A stretch of 64,000 nucleotides of DNA from Amoebidium appalachense (Eukaryota; Protista; Ichthyosporea), in assembly GCA_963693365.1 (NCBI GenBank), contig CAVNZM010000013.1, positions 6,543,785 to 6,607,784 of the forward strand, written 5' to 3'. Below the pieces are notes generated by a model. It saw only the letters and a program-made list of their open reading frames with translations. It was not told where the DNA came from and made no database searches. Every line of letters begins with the position of its first letter. Position 1 is the stretch's first letter. Both the position numbers and the translations under genes were made by a program. This document shows positions 39,290 to 52,331 of this stretch, one piece after another.

Positions 39290-41703
39290 GGGGGGGGGGG
39301 GGGTACCTCGAAAACGAGTTCCCTGTCAGTGTAGCCACACGTGCATGCCGGGGGGGGGCTTCTTGCCAGCGACCACAAGCCAGTTGACCGTGGCAAAATT
39401 TACCGCCTCGGCCAAGCTGCTACCAGCAGCATACCCAAAGTGGTATGCTCCAGGCAAGGTGCAGATGACCTCACCGGCGTGCTGAACCGTGCGCTGCACG
39501 GGGATGCCCTTCTTCATCAAATAACGGGGGTGGATGAACACAGACTGCCCCACCCAAATGTTAGTCATATGAAAACCCGGGTGGTCGTTTTTGTAAGTGC
39601 TTTTTTGGTTCTTGTTCTTCACGTCTGTGTCTACCACTTGTTCTTCACGTCTGTGTCTACCACTTGTTCTTCACGTCTGTATCTACCACTCCCTCTCTCC
39701 CTCTTCTTGTTCGTCCTCTGTTACTGTGTGTGTGTGGTCGTTTTTTTTTTTATTGTTTTTTTTTTATTTTTTTTTTTTTTTTTTTTTTTTGGTGGGGGGG
39801 CCTACCTTATGCTGTGTGACTTTCTTACAGATACCGGCCCCCGAAAGCTCAAGTCTCTCGTGGATATCCTCGAGGATAGACGTAACCTGTTCCTCGTACT
39901 CTGCACTGATCACGAACCAGATTTTCTCTCCTGGCCCACGGACCATGATGTTGACACTCCCAAGTAGAAGGTCTTCTGTGTGGAGCACAATCGGACCCCC
40001 AGTCGTGACACTGCAAAGAGGCATGGGATTAGTTGGGGCTAAAACAGTAATTACTTCCGACTAGATGTGGCCCAATACATTCCGAAAAGACCGACCCATA
40101 CACACACCCAGGATGGTTCTGTGAACATAAGGGGCGTTCTGCAAGCCTGCCTTTTTCCTTTGTTTAATTATTTGTTTTTTTTTTTTTTTTGGGGGGGGGG
40201 GGGGGCATACTTATAGAGCATCGGTGTTGAGATGCCCACACGATCTTTGAATTCTCTTGATACTATTGAGTCAAGCGTCTCCAAGCTGAACATGTAGTCG
40301 ATTTCTTTCTTCACCACCTGTCCCTCCTGTTAGTGCCTTCATGTTCACCATTCAACAACACACAGCATGCCTACATATACCCACCACAGTGCATCAACAC
40401 AACATACACTCTCCGCTGCACACCCACGCACGCACGCATGCCTACACAACATACACCCCACGCACGCACGCATCCCTACACAACATACACTCTCCGCACA
40501 AACACACGCACGCACGCATCCCTACACAACATACACTCTCCGCACAAACACACGCACGCACGCATCCCTACACAACATACACTCTCCGCACAAACACACG
40601 CACGCACGCATCCCTACACAACATCCACTCTCCGCACAAACACACGCACGCACGCATCCCTACACAACATACACTCTCCGCACAAACACACGCACGCACG
40701 CATCCCTACACAACATACACTCTCCGCACAAACACACGCACGCACGCATCCCTACACAACATCCACTCTCCGCACAAACACACGCACGCACGCATCCCTA
40801 CACAACATACACTCTCCGCACAAACACACGCACGCACGCATCCCTACACAACATACACTCTCCGCACAAACACACGCACGCACGCATCCCTACACACACG
40901 CACACATGCCTACGCAACATACACTCTCCGCACAAACACACGCACGCACGCATGCACAACATACACTCTCTGCACAAACACACGCACGCACACATGCACA
41001 ACATACACTCTCCGCACAAACACACGCACGCACGCATGCACAACATACACTCTCTGCACAAACACACGCACGCACACATGCACAACATACACTCTCCGCA
41101 CAAACACACGCACGCACACATGCACAACATCACTCTCCGCAAAAACACACACAACATACAAATCTTCGCCGCACACATACGTACCTCACTGGGTGTATGG
41201 GTGTTTTTAAGAGGCTTCAGATCTGTTCCGTAAAGGAACATTGATTTTTCACCATCCGATAGGGAGTCCAACAACCTCCAAAACTCCTCCTCCCCCACCG
41301 GATCCCCCTGCCCAATCGTGTTAGCCCCTGTTCATGGTAACCACATCCTAGTGGTTGCAAATACGCACCTCTGGAATTTGCCCTATGATGTCCTCCCTAT
41401 AAACGAGGAAGACATCCCTGATGGTGGTAGCCTCCACCCAAATCCGGGTGTAGGATTTTCTCACTCGTGTGGCCTGAGCAGCCTTTTTCAGCCCCTGCAC
41501 TACCGGCTCGGGAGGCACGAACTTGACGGCACCAGCTGCCCGAAACTCGTGTTCTTTTTCGATTGACAAAACTATCTTCTCCAAGGAGAGCTTTTCTAGA
41601 TGCATTTGGCGGAGATGTGCTACGGGTACCTCGTTGAACCCCGCCACCTCCCCAGTCTCAGTGTCTTGTTGTTGCCCCCTGTCCACCTCTCCCGCTTCTT
41701 GCT
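38805..41703 (-). CDS. KDM4-like JmjN/JmjC histone demethylase, multi-exon (5' exon unresolved)
   Basis: Exons about 41703-41369, 41307-41185, 40317-40211, 40010-39806, 39544-39307, 38908-38805 joined by GT-AG introns give AGAVKFVPP (JmjN), EEEFW, GISTPMLY, HTED...SVN...EKIW, CKKVTQHK|SVFIHP, GAYHFGY, AEAVNFAT. One indel in the G-run near 39350. Confidence 0.88.
40449..41140. repeat. 46-bp tandem repeat inside a JmjC intron
   Basis: ACACACGCACGCACGCATCCCTACACAACATACACTCTCCGCACAA units. Confidence 0.92.
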
Positions 41704-41735
41704 CTGTGTGTGCGTGCGTGTGTGTGCGTGTGTGT

Positions 41736-41774
<39 letters not shown>

Positions 41775-41785
41775 GCCGAGTGCAT

Positions 41786-41861
41786 ACATGCGTGCAGGTG
41801 CCTTCCCGTGGTGTGTGTGTGTGTGTGTGTGTGTCATGCATGCGTGCAGGTGCCTTCCCGT

Positions 41862-41895
<34 letters not shown>

Positions 41896-41921
41896 ATGCA
41901 TGCGTGCAGGTGCCTTCCCGT

Positions 41922-41953
<32 letters not shown>

Positions 41954-41979
41954 ATGCATGCGTGCAGGTGCCTTCCCGT

Positions 41980-42011
<32 letters not shown>

Positions 42012-42037
42012 ATGCATGCGTGCAGGTGCCTTCCCGT

Positions 42038-42069
<32 letters not shown>

Positions 42070-42095
42070 ATGCATGCGTGCAGGTGCCTTCCCGT

Positions 42096-42127
<32 letters not shown>

Positions 42128-42153
42128 ATGCATGCGTGCAGGTGCCTTCCCGT

Positions 42154-42185
<32 letters not shown>

Positions 42186-42268
42186 ATGCATGCGTGCAGG
42201 TGCCTTCCCGTGGTGTGTGTGTGTGTGTGTGTGTGTGTGTCATGCATGCGTGCAGGTGCCTTCCCGTG

Positions 42269-42297
<29 letters not shown>
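41786..42297. repeat. ~58-bp tandem repeat x9
   Basis: CATGCATGCGTGCAGGTGCCTTCCCGTG(GT)n units. Confidence 0.92.
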
Positions 42298-42299
<2 letters not shown>

Positions 42300-42345
42300 G
42301 GTAGTCTTTTCTATTTCACATTCCCCTCTTTTGAATTTGTGAACC

Positions 42346-43735
42346 ATGGATAGCGCCTCGCAAATGGTCGGGCAAAGCACAAACCCCGCCGACCCCACCG
42401 ACCCCAAAAAGGGCACCCCCACCGACCCCACCGACCCCACCGACAAAAAGGGCACCCCCGCCGACCCCGCCGACCCCACCGACAAAAAGGGCACCCCCGC
42501 CGACCCCGCTGACCCCACCGACAAAAAGGGCACCCCCGCCGACCCCGCCGACCCCACCGACAAAAAGGGCACCCCCGCCGACCCCACCGACCCCACCGAC
42601 AAAAAGGGCACCCCCGCCGACCCCGCCGACCCCACCGACAAAAAGGGCACCCCCGCCGACCCCGCCGACCCCACCGACAAAAAGGGCACCCTCGCCGACC
42701 CCACCGACAAGGACGTTTCTTCGGCTCCCATCGACCATAGACTTATGGAAGCACTACAGGCAGAAATGACATTGCAACTTAGTCAGGCTTTAGCCTCACT
42801 TGGCGTGACATCTGTGCCTGCTACACCCACCACCGCCGCCACCACCACCTTACTCGAATACAAAGAGAAATATGAAAATGCGGAGAAAGCGTTGCAAACG
42901 GTGAAAGATGAAAACAAACGGTTGACAGAAACGATTAGAGAGGTCAAAGAAGCAGCAGTCAAAGATAAATATACTGCTTCTGCAACGAACAACCTGTTGG
43001 CTGAGAGGGTTCAGGAACTCGAAGCTCGGCTCATTAGTGAGACGGCCGAAAAGTTATCCTTGCAGGATGAGGTGGCCTGGCAGAAGGAGGAAAATGCAAA
43101 AGTCGAGTCAGAGATGGCAGACCTGCAGAAAACCTATCGAAAGACAGTCAAGGAGAGCACACAAAAACTGCTTTTGGGCCTGAAACGCTCCCCCCATACA
43201 TCCGACGTGGAGATACTCCCCCCCCCCCCTCTAGCGCTACCCAATCCGGTCGTTCATCCGTTGCCCGCCCCCACCAACGTCCTATTCAGAGTGCCCCCGC
43301 TCGCATAGACCCCATGATGTCCAATCCCCACACACAAACATCCGACGTCGAGGAGATACTCCCCCCCCCCCCCCCTCTAGCGCTACCCAATCCGGTCGTT
43401 CATCCGTTGCCCGCCCCCACCAACGTCCTATTCAGAGTGCCCCCGCTCGCACAGACCCCATGATGTCCAGTCCCCACACAAAAACCGGGCTCGGGCTGAA
43501 GAGGGGGGCGGATTCAGGTGGGAATGTGCCCAAACGGTTCCGGGGCGGAGAGAGAGAAAGGCCCAAGGAATCAATAGATAAGATTCTCGACGAAGCAGCC
43601 AGAGAGGAGGATGAGAAGAAGCGGAAAGAAAGCAGTCGTGCAGGGCAGGGCAAGAAAGAAAGACCATCGGGCAAGAAAACGGTGCTCCGCACACGGAGGC
43701 CTGTGACTTCCAGTGACGATGACCATTCGGTCTGA
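42346..43735 (+). CDS. Repeat/coiled-coil protein with basic C-terminus; probable C-run frameshift near 43218-43229
   Basis: 39-bp repeats encoding PADPADPTDKKGT, a coiled coil, an internal ~140-bp duplication, and continuation into ORF 43460-43735 after a homopolymer correction. Confidence 0.6.
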
Positions 43736-43823
43736 AAGACTTTGTGTGTGTTTTTTTTGTTTTGTTTTTTTTTTTTGTTTTTTTTTTTGTGGGGGGGGGG
43801 GAGGGGGGGGGGGGGGGGGGGGG

Positions 43824-43921
43824 GGCTTCGACTATGTTACATGGCAGAGCCTAAGACGTTGGAGTGATGCCGTGTGAAATGTGGAAAAATATAGACTTGG
43901 CTATGAAACACGGAAAGCATT

Positions 43922-43961
<40 letters not shown>

Positions 43962-44153
43962 GGGGGGGGGGGGGCTTCGACTATGTTACATGGCAGAGCC
44001 TAGGACGTGGGAGTGATGCCGTGTGAAATCTGGAAAAATATAGACTTGAAAGCATTGTTTTTTTTTTGGTTTTTGTTTTTGTTTTTTTTTGTTTTTTTGG
44101 GGGGGGGGGGGGGGGGGGGGGGGGGGCTTCGACTATGTTACATGGCAGAGCCT
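43824..44153. repeat. Three direct repeats separated by poly-T/poly-G
   Basis: GGCTTCGACTATGTTACATGGCAGAGCCTA x3. Confidence 0.9.
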
Positions 44154-44287
44154 ACGGTTTCTGTATAATGTATAGGTAGAAGTTTTGGGATTTCTTTTTA
44201 CAATCGGTTGGAGATGGATTTTATAAAAAGAAATCCAGTGTTATCTGAATCTGTGCTTACCCCACATGCTTGTATACACAGACGTGA

Positions 44288-46290
44288 TGCACGTCTAAGT
44301 CCTTCACACACTCAAAGAGTCCCACCACCCACATGCACTAGCACTATTTCTCTCTTCCTGCTCTGTATCCCCCCTCCCCCCTTCATGCATGCACGTCTAA
44401 GTCCTTCAATCCCCATGCCATGCACACACTCAAAGAGTCCCCCACCACCCACATGCACTAGCACCATTTCTCTCTTCCTGCTCTATATCCCCCCCCCCCA
44501 CCCCCCCCCCCTCCCCTTCCCCCTTCATGCATGCACGTCTAAGTCCTTCAATCCCATGCCATGCACACACTCAAAGAGTCCCCCACCACCCACATGCACT
44601 AGCACCATTTCTCTCTTCCTGCTCTATATCCCCCCCCCCCCCCCCCCCCCCCCCCTCCCCTCCCCCCTTCATGCATGCACGTCTAAGTCCTTCAATCCCC
44701 ATGCCATGCACACACTCAAAGAGTCCCCCACCACCCACATGCACTAGCACCATTTCTCTCTTCCTGCTCTATATCCCCCCCCCCCCCCCCCACCCCCCCC
44801 CCCCTCCCCTTCCCCCTTCATGCATGCACGTCTAAGTCCTTCAATCCCCATGCCATGCACACACTCAAAGAGTCCCCCACCACCCACATGCACTAGCACC
44901 ATTTCTCTCTTCCTGCTCTATATCCCCCCCCCCACCCCCCTCCTCCCCTCCCCCCTTCATGCATGCACGTCTAAGTCCTTCAATCCCCATGCCATGCACA
45001 CATTCAAAGAGTCCCCCACCACCCACATGCACTAGCACCATTTCTCTCTTCCTGCTCTATATCCCCCCCCCCCACCCCCCCCCCCCCTCCCCTTCCCCCT
45101 TCATGCATGCACGTCTAAGTCCTTCAATCCCCATGCCATGCACACACTCAAAGAGTCCCCCACCACCCACATGCACTAGCACCATTTCTCTCTTCCTGCT
45201 CTATATCCCCCCCCCCCACCCCCCTCCTCCCCTCCCCCCTTCATGCATGCACGTCTAAGTCCTTCAATCCCCATGCCATGCACACATTCAAAGAGTCCCC
45301 CACCACCCACATGCACTAGCACCATTTCTCTCTTCCTGCTCTATATCCCCCCCCCCTCCCCTCCCCCCTTCATGCATGCACGTCTAAGTCCTTCAATCCC
45401 CATGCCATGCATGCATTCAAAGAGTCCCCCACCACCCACATGCACTAGCACCATTTCTCTCTTCCTGCTCTATATCCCCCCCCCCCTCCCCTCCCCCCTT
45501 CATGCATGCACGTCTAAGTCCTTCAATCCCCATGCCATGCATGCATTCAAAGAGTCCCCCACCACCCACATGCACTAGCACCATTTCTCTCTTCCTGCTC
45601 TATATCCCCCCCCCCCCCCCTCCCCTCCCCCCTTCATGCATGCACGTCTAAGTCCTTCAATCCCCATGCCATGCATGCATTCAAAGAGTCCCCCACCACC
45701 CACATGCACTAGCACCATTTCTCTCTTCCTGCTCTATATCCCCCCCCCCCCACCCCCCCCCCTCCCCCTCCCCCCTTCATGCATGCACGTCTAAGTCCTT
45801 CAATCCCCATGCCATGCATGCATTCAAAGAGTCCCCCACCACCCACATGCACTAGCACCATTTCTCTCTTCCTGCTCTATATCCCCCCCTCCCCTCCCCC
45901 CTTCATGCATGCACGTCTAAGTCCTTCAATCCCCATGCCATGCATGCATTCAAAGAGTCCCCCACCACCCACATGCACTAGCACCATTTCTCTCTTCCTG
46001 CTCTATATCCCCCCCCCCCCCCTCCCCTCCCCCCTTCATGCATGCACGTCTAAGTCCTTCAATCCCCATGCCATGCATGCATTCAAAGAGTCCCCCACCA
46101 CCCACATGCACTAGCACCATTTCTCTCTTCCTGCTCTATATCCCCCCCCCACCCCCCCCCCCCTCCCCTCCCCCCTTCATGCATGCACGTCTAAGTCCTT
46201 CAATCCCCATGCCATGCATGCATTCAAAGAGTCCCCCACCACCCACATGCACTAGCACCATTTCTCTCTTCCTGCTCTGTATTCCCTGCA
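44288..46290. repeat. Subterminal tandem array, ~120-140-bp unit, about 15 copies
   Basis: CATGCATGCACGTCTAAGTCCTTCAATCCCCATGCC...CATTTCTCTCTTCCTGCTCTATAT(C)n units. Confidence 0.95.
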
Positions 46291-46433
46291 TGCACTAGCA
46301 GTGTTACTCGTTCATCCCAGCCCGGGCCAATGGTATGCAAAGTAACTGTATCGGCCGTGCAGCGCTGTCGTTGTGTGTTTATTTTCGTGTTTTCGGGTCG
46401 GTGCACGTGTGGTGTGGAGTACCATGTTTATTG

Positions 46434-46695
46434 CTTTTTGTATCAGCGCTGGCGTGTACTCCACTTTTGTATCAGCGCTGGCGCTGTGATTGTCGTGTAC
46501 TCCACTTTTGTATCAGCGCTGGCGCTGTGATTGTCGTGTACTCCACTTTTGTATCAGCGCTGGCGGTACTCCACTTTTGTATCAGCGCTGGCGTGTACTC
46601 CACTTTTGTATCAGCGCTGGCGCTGTGATTGTCGTGTACTCCACTTTTGTATCAGCGCTGGCGCTGTGATTGTCGTGTACTCCACTTTTGTAGCG
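46434..46695. repeat. Short tandem repeats
   Basis: GTACTCCACTTTTGTATCAGCGCTGGCG units. Confidence 0.9.
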
Positions 46696-46711
46696 CGGTG
46701 TGTTAATTGAA

Positions 46712-47032
46712 TTAAAAGTCCGAGTGACTTGTTTGTCTCAGAGTGGTGTCGTACTCCGCAGCACCCGTCTTCTTATTGAAATAGTATATGACTGCATACA
46801 CCAATGGTGTAACCAATAAACATGTGAGGACAATAGCAGCGCTGACGTACACCAGATACATTTTGTTCACTTTCTCTCTAGCATTCGGTTCGGACTTCAT
46901 TAAATTGTACCAGTGTATATTTGCAACGACACTGCATATAGATATCACATAAAGAATGCCTGTGGTGACCGTGCTGTCGAACATGTACGTGTACCTCACA
47001 AAACTTTCAGTATCCGACGTGTTACACCCCAA
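46712..47032 (-). CDS. Small two-TM membrane protein (start uncertain)
   Basis: Two hydrophobic segments in an intronless ORF. Confidence 0.5.
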   Translation of the reverse strand: MGCNTSDTESFVRYTYMFDSTVTTGILYVISICSVVANIHWYNLMKSEPNAREKVNKMYLVYVSAAIVLTCLLVTPLVYAVIYYFNKKTGAAEYDTTLRQTSHSDF

Positions 47033-47288
47033 AAGTGACCTCTCTGAGATCTTGCCTGTGGTACAAACTCTTGATGCCGTGTTGCTCTTGTGTTTTACCA
47101 GTACCCCTCTCTCCAGATGCCGAATTTAGATTGGAATTCGTGAATACACCCATGTGATTGGTCAGTGGTTTGGCACCAAGAGATTGATTGATATGCCATC
47201 AACCAGTCAACAAAAAGTACTCGCTTTTACTTTTTGTCTCGCTTCACCCCAATCCAAGAACAGTGCACACCAAAACAAAACACTAGAA

Positions 47289-47771
47289 ATGGGAGACGCA
47301 CTTTTGCGCCCCGATTCGGTTGACCCCGAACGATGCCCTGCATTTGCACCCTCAAAAAAAGCCCAGTGCAAAAACAAAAAGAAAACATGCCCACACCACA
47401 AGGACGGCTTCAAGCCCTGGGTATGCTTTGCCCCTGCCACCGGTGTCCTCCTCTACAGCGACAACACCATCAACATCCTCCACCCCCACAAGGCCGGGGA
47501 CTATGCTCATGCAAACCTCCTGCTGGACGACCTCCTGGCCGCCTTTACAGTCGCAGAAATGCAGCGCCCTCGCACCGAGCGCACCGGGGTACCCGCGCTG
47601 ACTGTGTCCACTCCGGATCCACCCATGGGTGCACCACAGCCACCGGTTGCAGCTGCAGCGGTGGGTGTGGGCAGGGAAAATGGGTACTGCCAGGGCAAAA
47701 CCAAGGCTGGCAATCCCTGCAAAAACAGGGTGAAATCTACGACCCATTGCCATAAGCACAAGCCCAAATAA
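47289..47771 (+). CDS. Protein with two C3H zinc-knuckle motifs (DUF5763-like, NCLDV type)
   Basis: RCPAFAPSKKAQCKN...CPHH and CQGKTKAGNPCKN...CHKH; stop overlaps AATAAA like the other viral genes. Confidence 0.7.
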   Translation: MGDALLRPDSVDPERCPAFAPSKKAQCKNKKKTCPHHKDGFKPWVCFAPATGVLLYSDNTINILHPHKAGDYAHANLLLDDLLAAFTVAEMQRPRTERTGVPALTVSTPDPPMGAPQPPVAAAAVGVGRENGYCQGKTKAGNPCKNRVKSTTHCHKHKPK

Positions 47772-48463
47772 AAAAACCACCCACACACCCCCACGTGCCA
47801 ACATACACTATCCTCCCCGTGAGTGGCATGCCAGTCTCCCCAGCCCCCCTGCCCCCCTGCCCCCCTGCCCCCCTGCCCCCCCTGCTCCCCTGCCCCCCTG
47901 CCCCCCTGCCCCCCTGCCCCCCTGCCTGCCGGAACCAGGCCCCCCAGTGGTGGCATTCCAACACGTGCATGCTAGAAGATCGTGCTACATGAACAAATGG
48001 TCTTAACTCAGCCATACATGGGGGATAGATAGTATCACACAACCATGGTTCCCCCACTCTCCCCAGCCTCCTGTGCACGTGTGCCTCCCCTGCACGTGTG
48101 CCCCCCTGCCTCCCGTAACCAGGCCCCCAGTGGTGGCAGTGAGTGTCCCCCCTGCCTCCCCTGCACGTGTGCCCCCCCTGCCTCCCCTGCCTCCCGGAAC
48201 CACGCCCCGGCGCAGTGGCAGCTATTTTTAGATATAGAGATTCCATGGCCACATGGCCAGATGGCCAGATCATTTTGCTCACCGTTTTATCCCGTTTTAT
48301 CCACCTTTTTCCACACACTGAATTTGACCTGGCCATCTGGCCATCTGGGTAGAGACCGTTTTCTGTTCTGATATTGGAGAACTGTCTGATAGTGATAGCA
48401 AATGTCATTCGAAGAACAATCGGGAAACCCCGTGGTGTGACAACCAATCAGAATGAAGCAATA

Positions 48464-48854
48464 TTGGGATATTCGGGTTGGTTGTAAGGTTTTCCGGGTC
48501 GGGCCGAAGGCCTTAACGGGCCGCAGGCCCGTCTATTGGGCCATAGGCCCTAGGCCCTAGGCCGCTAGGCCTGGGGCCCGGGGCGCCGGGGACCGGGGCG
48601 CCCGGCCCGGCCCGCGAGCCACCCCGGCCCGGCCCGGCCCGCGGGGGGGGGGGTTAGCAGCGGCTGCTAACCCCCCCCCCCCGCGGGCCGGGCCGGGCCG
48701 GGGTGGGCCGGGCCGGGCGCCCCGGTCCCCGGCGCCCCGGGCCCCAGGCCTAGCGGCCTAGGGCCTAGGGCCTATGGCCCAATAGACGGGCCTGCGGCCC
48801 GTTAAGGCCTTCGGCCCGACCCGGAAAACCTTACAACCAACCCGAATATCCCAA
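48464..48854. repeat. ~391-bp GC-rich near-perfect palindrome (putative hairpin terminus)
   Basis: Arms TTGGGATATTCGGG...TTAGCAGC / GCTGCTAA...CCCGAATATCCCAA, centre G48662; 7 extra nt (GCGAGCC) in the left arm; G11 versus C12 run. Confidence 0.97.
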
Positions 48855-50057
48855 CCATGCATGTGCATAACGGCAGATCGTAATCCCCCATACTCCCTAA
48901 CTCCCGATACTCAGTGGGGACCGATAATCCTACATATGAAATTTGATCAATTACATAGTGAAATTTCAAAATGAACCCTTTGTCCTTAAGCTGGCCAACC
49001 CCAGCCCAACCCTGATTCGAATTGTTCCGGTCAGGTTATGCAGAATTTGAAAAAGATCATTTCAGGCAGCCGTGATGGCTATGTGTGAGGGGTGGGGGTG
49101 CCAATAGACCATGGCGATACATGTACTGTGTAACTTGATGCCGTATTCTGTCGTGTGAGACTATGTCAGAAGTAAACTTATAATCAGGCTTGAGTCAGGC
49201 GGAACTTCAGTGAGACATAAATATCTTTTGAGCATCCGATTTACTTGTCTGTATAAATGAATTGTCTGTTCCGGCCAATCAACAACCTTTTTTTTAGTAT
49301 CTGATTCACTGTCCGCGGCCGTTGAAATGTTTGCGCTCTGAAACACACAGTCTCCGCCATTCTAATGTTATCGAAAGCAAGCTGATGACGATAATAAAAA
49401 CCAACAACAAAAGATGTGCACGGTTGAAGAATTTTGCAATTTTGCAGTTGAAACACAATGTCGAATTCGTATATTTTTTTAAAGCTTATTTTATCCCGTT
49501 TTGTTCCCGGAGGGACCCCCTGGGGCCCTCAAAGGGAACTATAGCGTCTTCCACCCAGCACCGACAGTACTCTAGCTAGGGTGCTACGCGTACGGTATTA
49601 TTAGCTAAGCTAACACACCCTTAACAATCCTAACTGTATTTGCACACACTTAGCCCAGGGTATTCACCCCAGCCACGCCGGTGGGTAGCACCAGCTGCAG
49701 GCTTCCCCTCAACTCAAGACCTACGAATAGACTTTAACACCGGGCTCTCATTGGTTCGTCTAAAGTGGTGGAATGTGTGGTGTGGTGTGGGTGGGGCCTA
49801 CGGGGGATATGGATGGATGGTGGGTTTGGTGGTGGTAGGTTGCTACCTAGCAGAATATGGTGTTGTACATAGAGGGTGGCTACGGTGTAGTGGTCTAGGA
49901 GCCTAGTGTTACATGGTTGGTTGGTTCCGTTTGTCGAATTCACATATTGTCAAGAACACACTGCAAGAGAACAGCAGACTTGCTACGCAGTCACACACAC
50001 ACGATATATATCCGTCAAATGGTGCGAGTCACAATCCACACACAGGCTCACACGCAG

Positions 50058-50103
<46 letters not shown>

Positions 50104-50492
50104 GACAAACAGCAGCCACCACCAACATTGCACGACATTGAATACACTTTTTTAAGTGCACCCCACCACCCAAAACCACACCACCACCATAATATGTTAG
50201 ATCCGCCTCAGGGAAGAGGTAAATTTGGTAACAAAGCACACTCAGAAATTCAAGTACAGTTTTATAACTAAGCACTACAATTGAAATCTGTGATTGAATT
50301 AAGTTCGATCGTTCTGCCATGTCTGTATGGCGGGCTCAATCTGTAATGTAGGTATAGTCCTACTTTTTTTTTGTTTTATAAATAGGGCTCCTGAGGCCCG
50401 CGCTCACCAGAAGGCAGCGTTGCGCTGAATAAGGTCGGTGATCTTGATCAAAGGTTGAAAACAAAGCACTTGCGTGCACACACATGCACACA

Positions 50493-50575
<83 letters not shown>

Positions 50576-52149
50576 CTCCCAGAGGTCTAGAAAGAAATTC
50601 AATTTAAAAGACCAATAACAAGAAAGGAAAGAGAAAAAGGAACAGCCAAGAAAAAGAAAGGAGAAGGCAATACGCCACACCCCGAGTTCTCTTCTCTCTT
50701 TTGTTTTATTTTTAGACACTTTATTTCTCGACGGCATTACTTTCACGGCACCAGCAACCGGGGACCATAGTGTTTCGGCTCCCATGTCACTGGGTGGCAG
50801 AATGCAAAAGTAATGTCTGTATTATGGCTTCTAAGAACTATATTTAGGAAAAAACATTCACACACTCCGAGATCAAAGTCAAAGTTTCTTTTCAAGCAAA
50901 AACCATCAACAAATCTTTAAGGTATTTATTATGTCACAATGTTCCCCGGCCAGCCGGGCCCCACCAATCAGGAGAGGTGATTAAGCCACCCGGAGATTGG
51001 GAGGTGTGATCAGAGATCTGTCAACGATGAATCATGGGGTTACAGTAAATGGTATCACAAAGTCCGATCTGGAAAAATCACTTCTTTGCTTTTTTCTTCT
51101 TCCTTCATCAGTAAACAGAAGCACTACTTGCGTTTCCTATTTTCATAGTCCGAAAAGTCTAAAACTAATGCATATATTTTACTGAGGGTGCAGCGGGTTC
51201 TTCCGTCGTGCTCTTTTTTTTTTTAACTTTGTTTACAACTAATTCTAAGATTTAACTTTTTTAACAGCTCCAGAACTTTGGAGTTATATCCATGGCTTTC
51301 ACTCAACCTATCTCGGGAGGTAACGGTGTACTGCTATATTCAAAATATTCAAATAGTCCTTCTTATAGGTGCGTGTACCTGTGCCCAGGCACCGAAATCC
51401 TTTTTAATTGGTTTTGCACCAGCGAATCACCATTAGCTTTTCCAGACGTAAATTCTTGAACAGTTGTCGAAAGCCTGTTACAAAACAAAAAAAGGGGGGT
51501 CTTAGACACTGAGGGAGGAATAATGTTTGTTGTATTTGCGAGTGTTGTGTGTGCAAATGTGTAATCACATTGTGTATCGTACCCACGACAGCAACATTAG
51601 GGTGTTATTGTAATGCGTGTATGTGCCCATTTTTATTTCACTGTAGTAGTAGGTGTTGTGGCTTTTCTGGGGGTAAGGGGTAGGGGCTGGGCGGAGGATT
51701 GGAGGCGGGGCCAGGCGGGAGATGGGTGGGATGGGGGGGTGCGCACACGTATGTGTGTATGTTTGGTTTGGGGGGAGGAGGGGGGAGGGGGAGGGGGGAG
51801 GGGGGCTGCGAGCGTGTGGGAAGGGGGGGGTGGGGATGCGGGGGAGGGGGGGAGGGGGGGGAGGGAGGGAGGGGGGGCTGCAAGCGTGTGGGGGGATGTG
51901 TTGCGCGATTCTTTTGCGATTTTGTGCGTGTGCAAGTGTGTTTAGCGTGTGTGTGTGTGTGCGTGCATGCGTGAGGTGAGTGAGTGAGTGAGCCAGTGTG
52001 TGTTAGTGACGTGCAAGCGTGGTTGTTTCTATATTTCGTTCTCTTGGTGTGTGTATGTGTGCGCGCGCGTGTGCGTGCCACGGTGTGCGTGGTGATTATG
52101 GACAGGAGGGGAGGGGGAGGGGGGGGGGGGGGGGGGGGGGAGGGGGATG

Positions 52150-52296
52150 CATTTAGGAAATAAGGTGCAACGACAAAGTTTGTGCTAGTGTCACTTGTAT
52201 TGTCCCAATTATGTGTGTTCCTGAACAGGTGAACGGGTTACTACTACTGGGGGAGAAGAGGGTGGAGAGACGAGTTGGGGGGGCTGGGCTGGGCGG

Positions 52297-52331
<35 letters not shown>

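Noticed and set aside
39596-39720. Possible extra acidic exon in the JmjC gene
   Set aside because: Contains a stop within a short tandem repeat, and the flanking exons already join to match KDM4 (QHK|SVFIHP).
49503-49580. Stem-loop followed by CTAG, resembling a Helitron 3' end
   Set aside because: Imperfect stem, atypical spacing, and no 5' end or second copy in the window.
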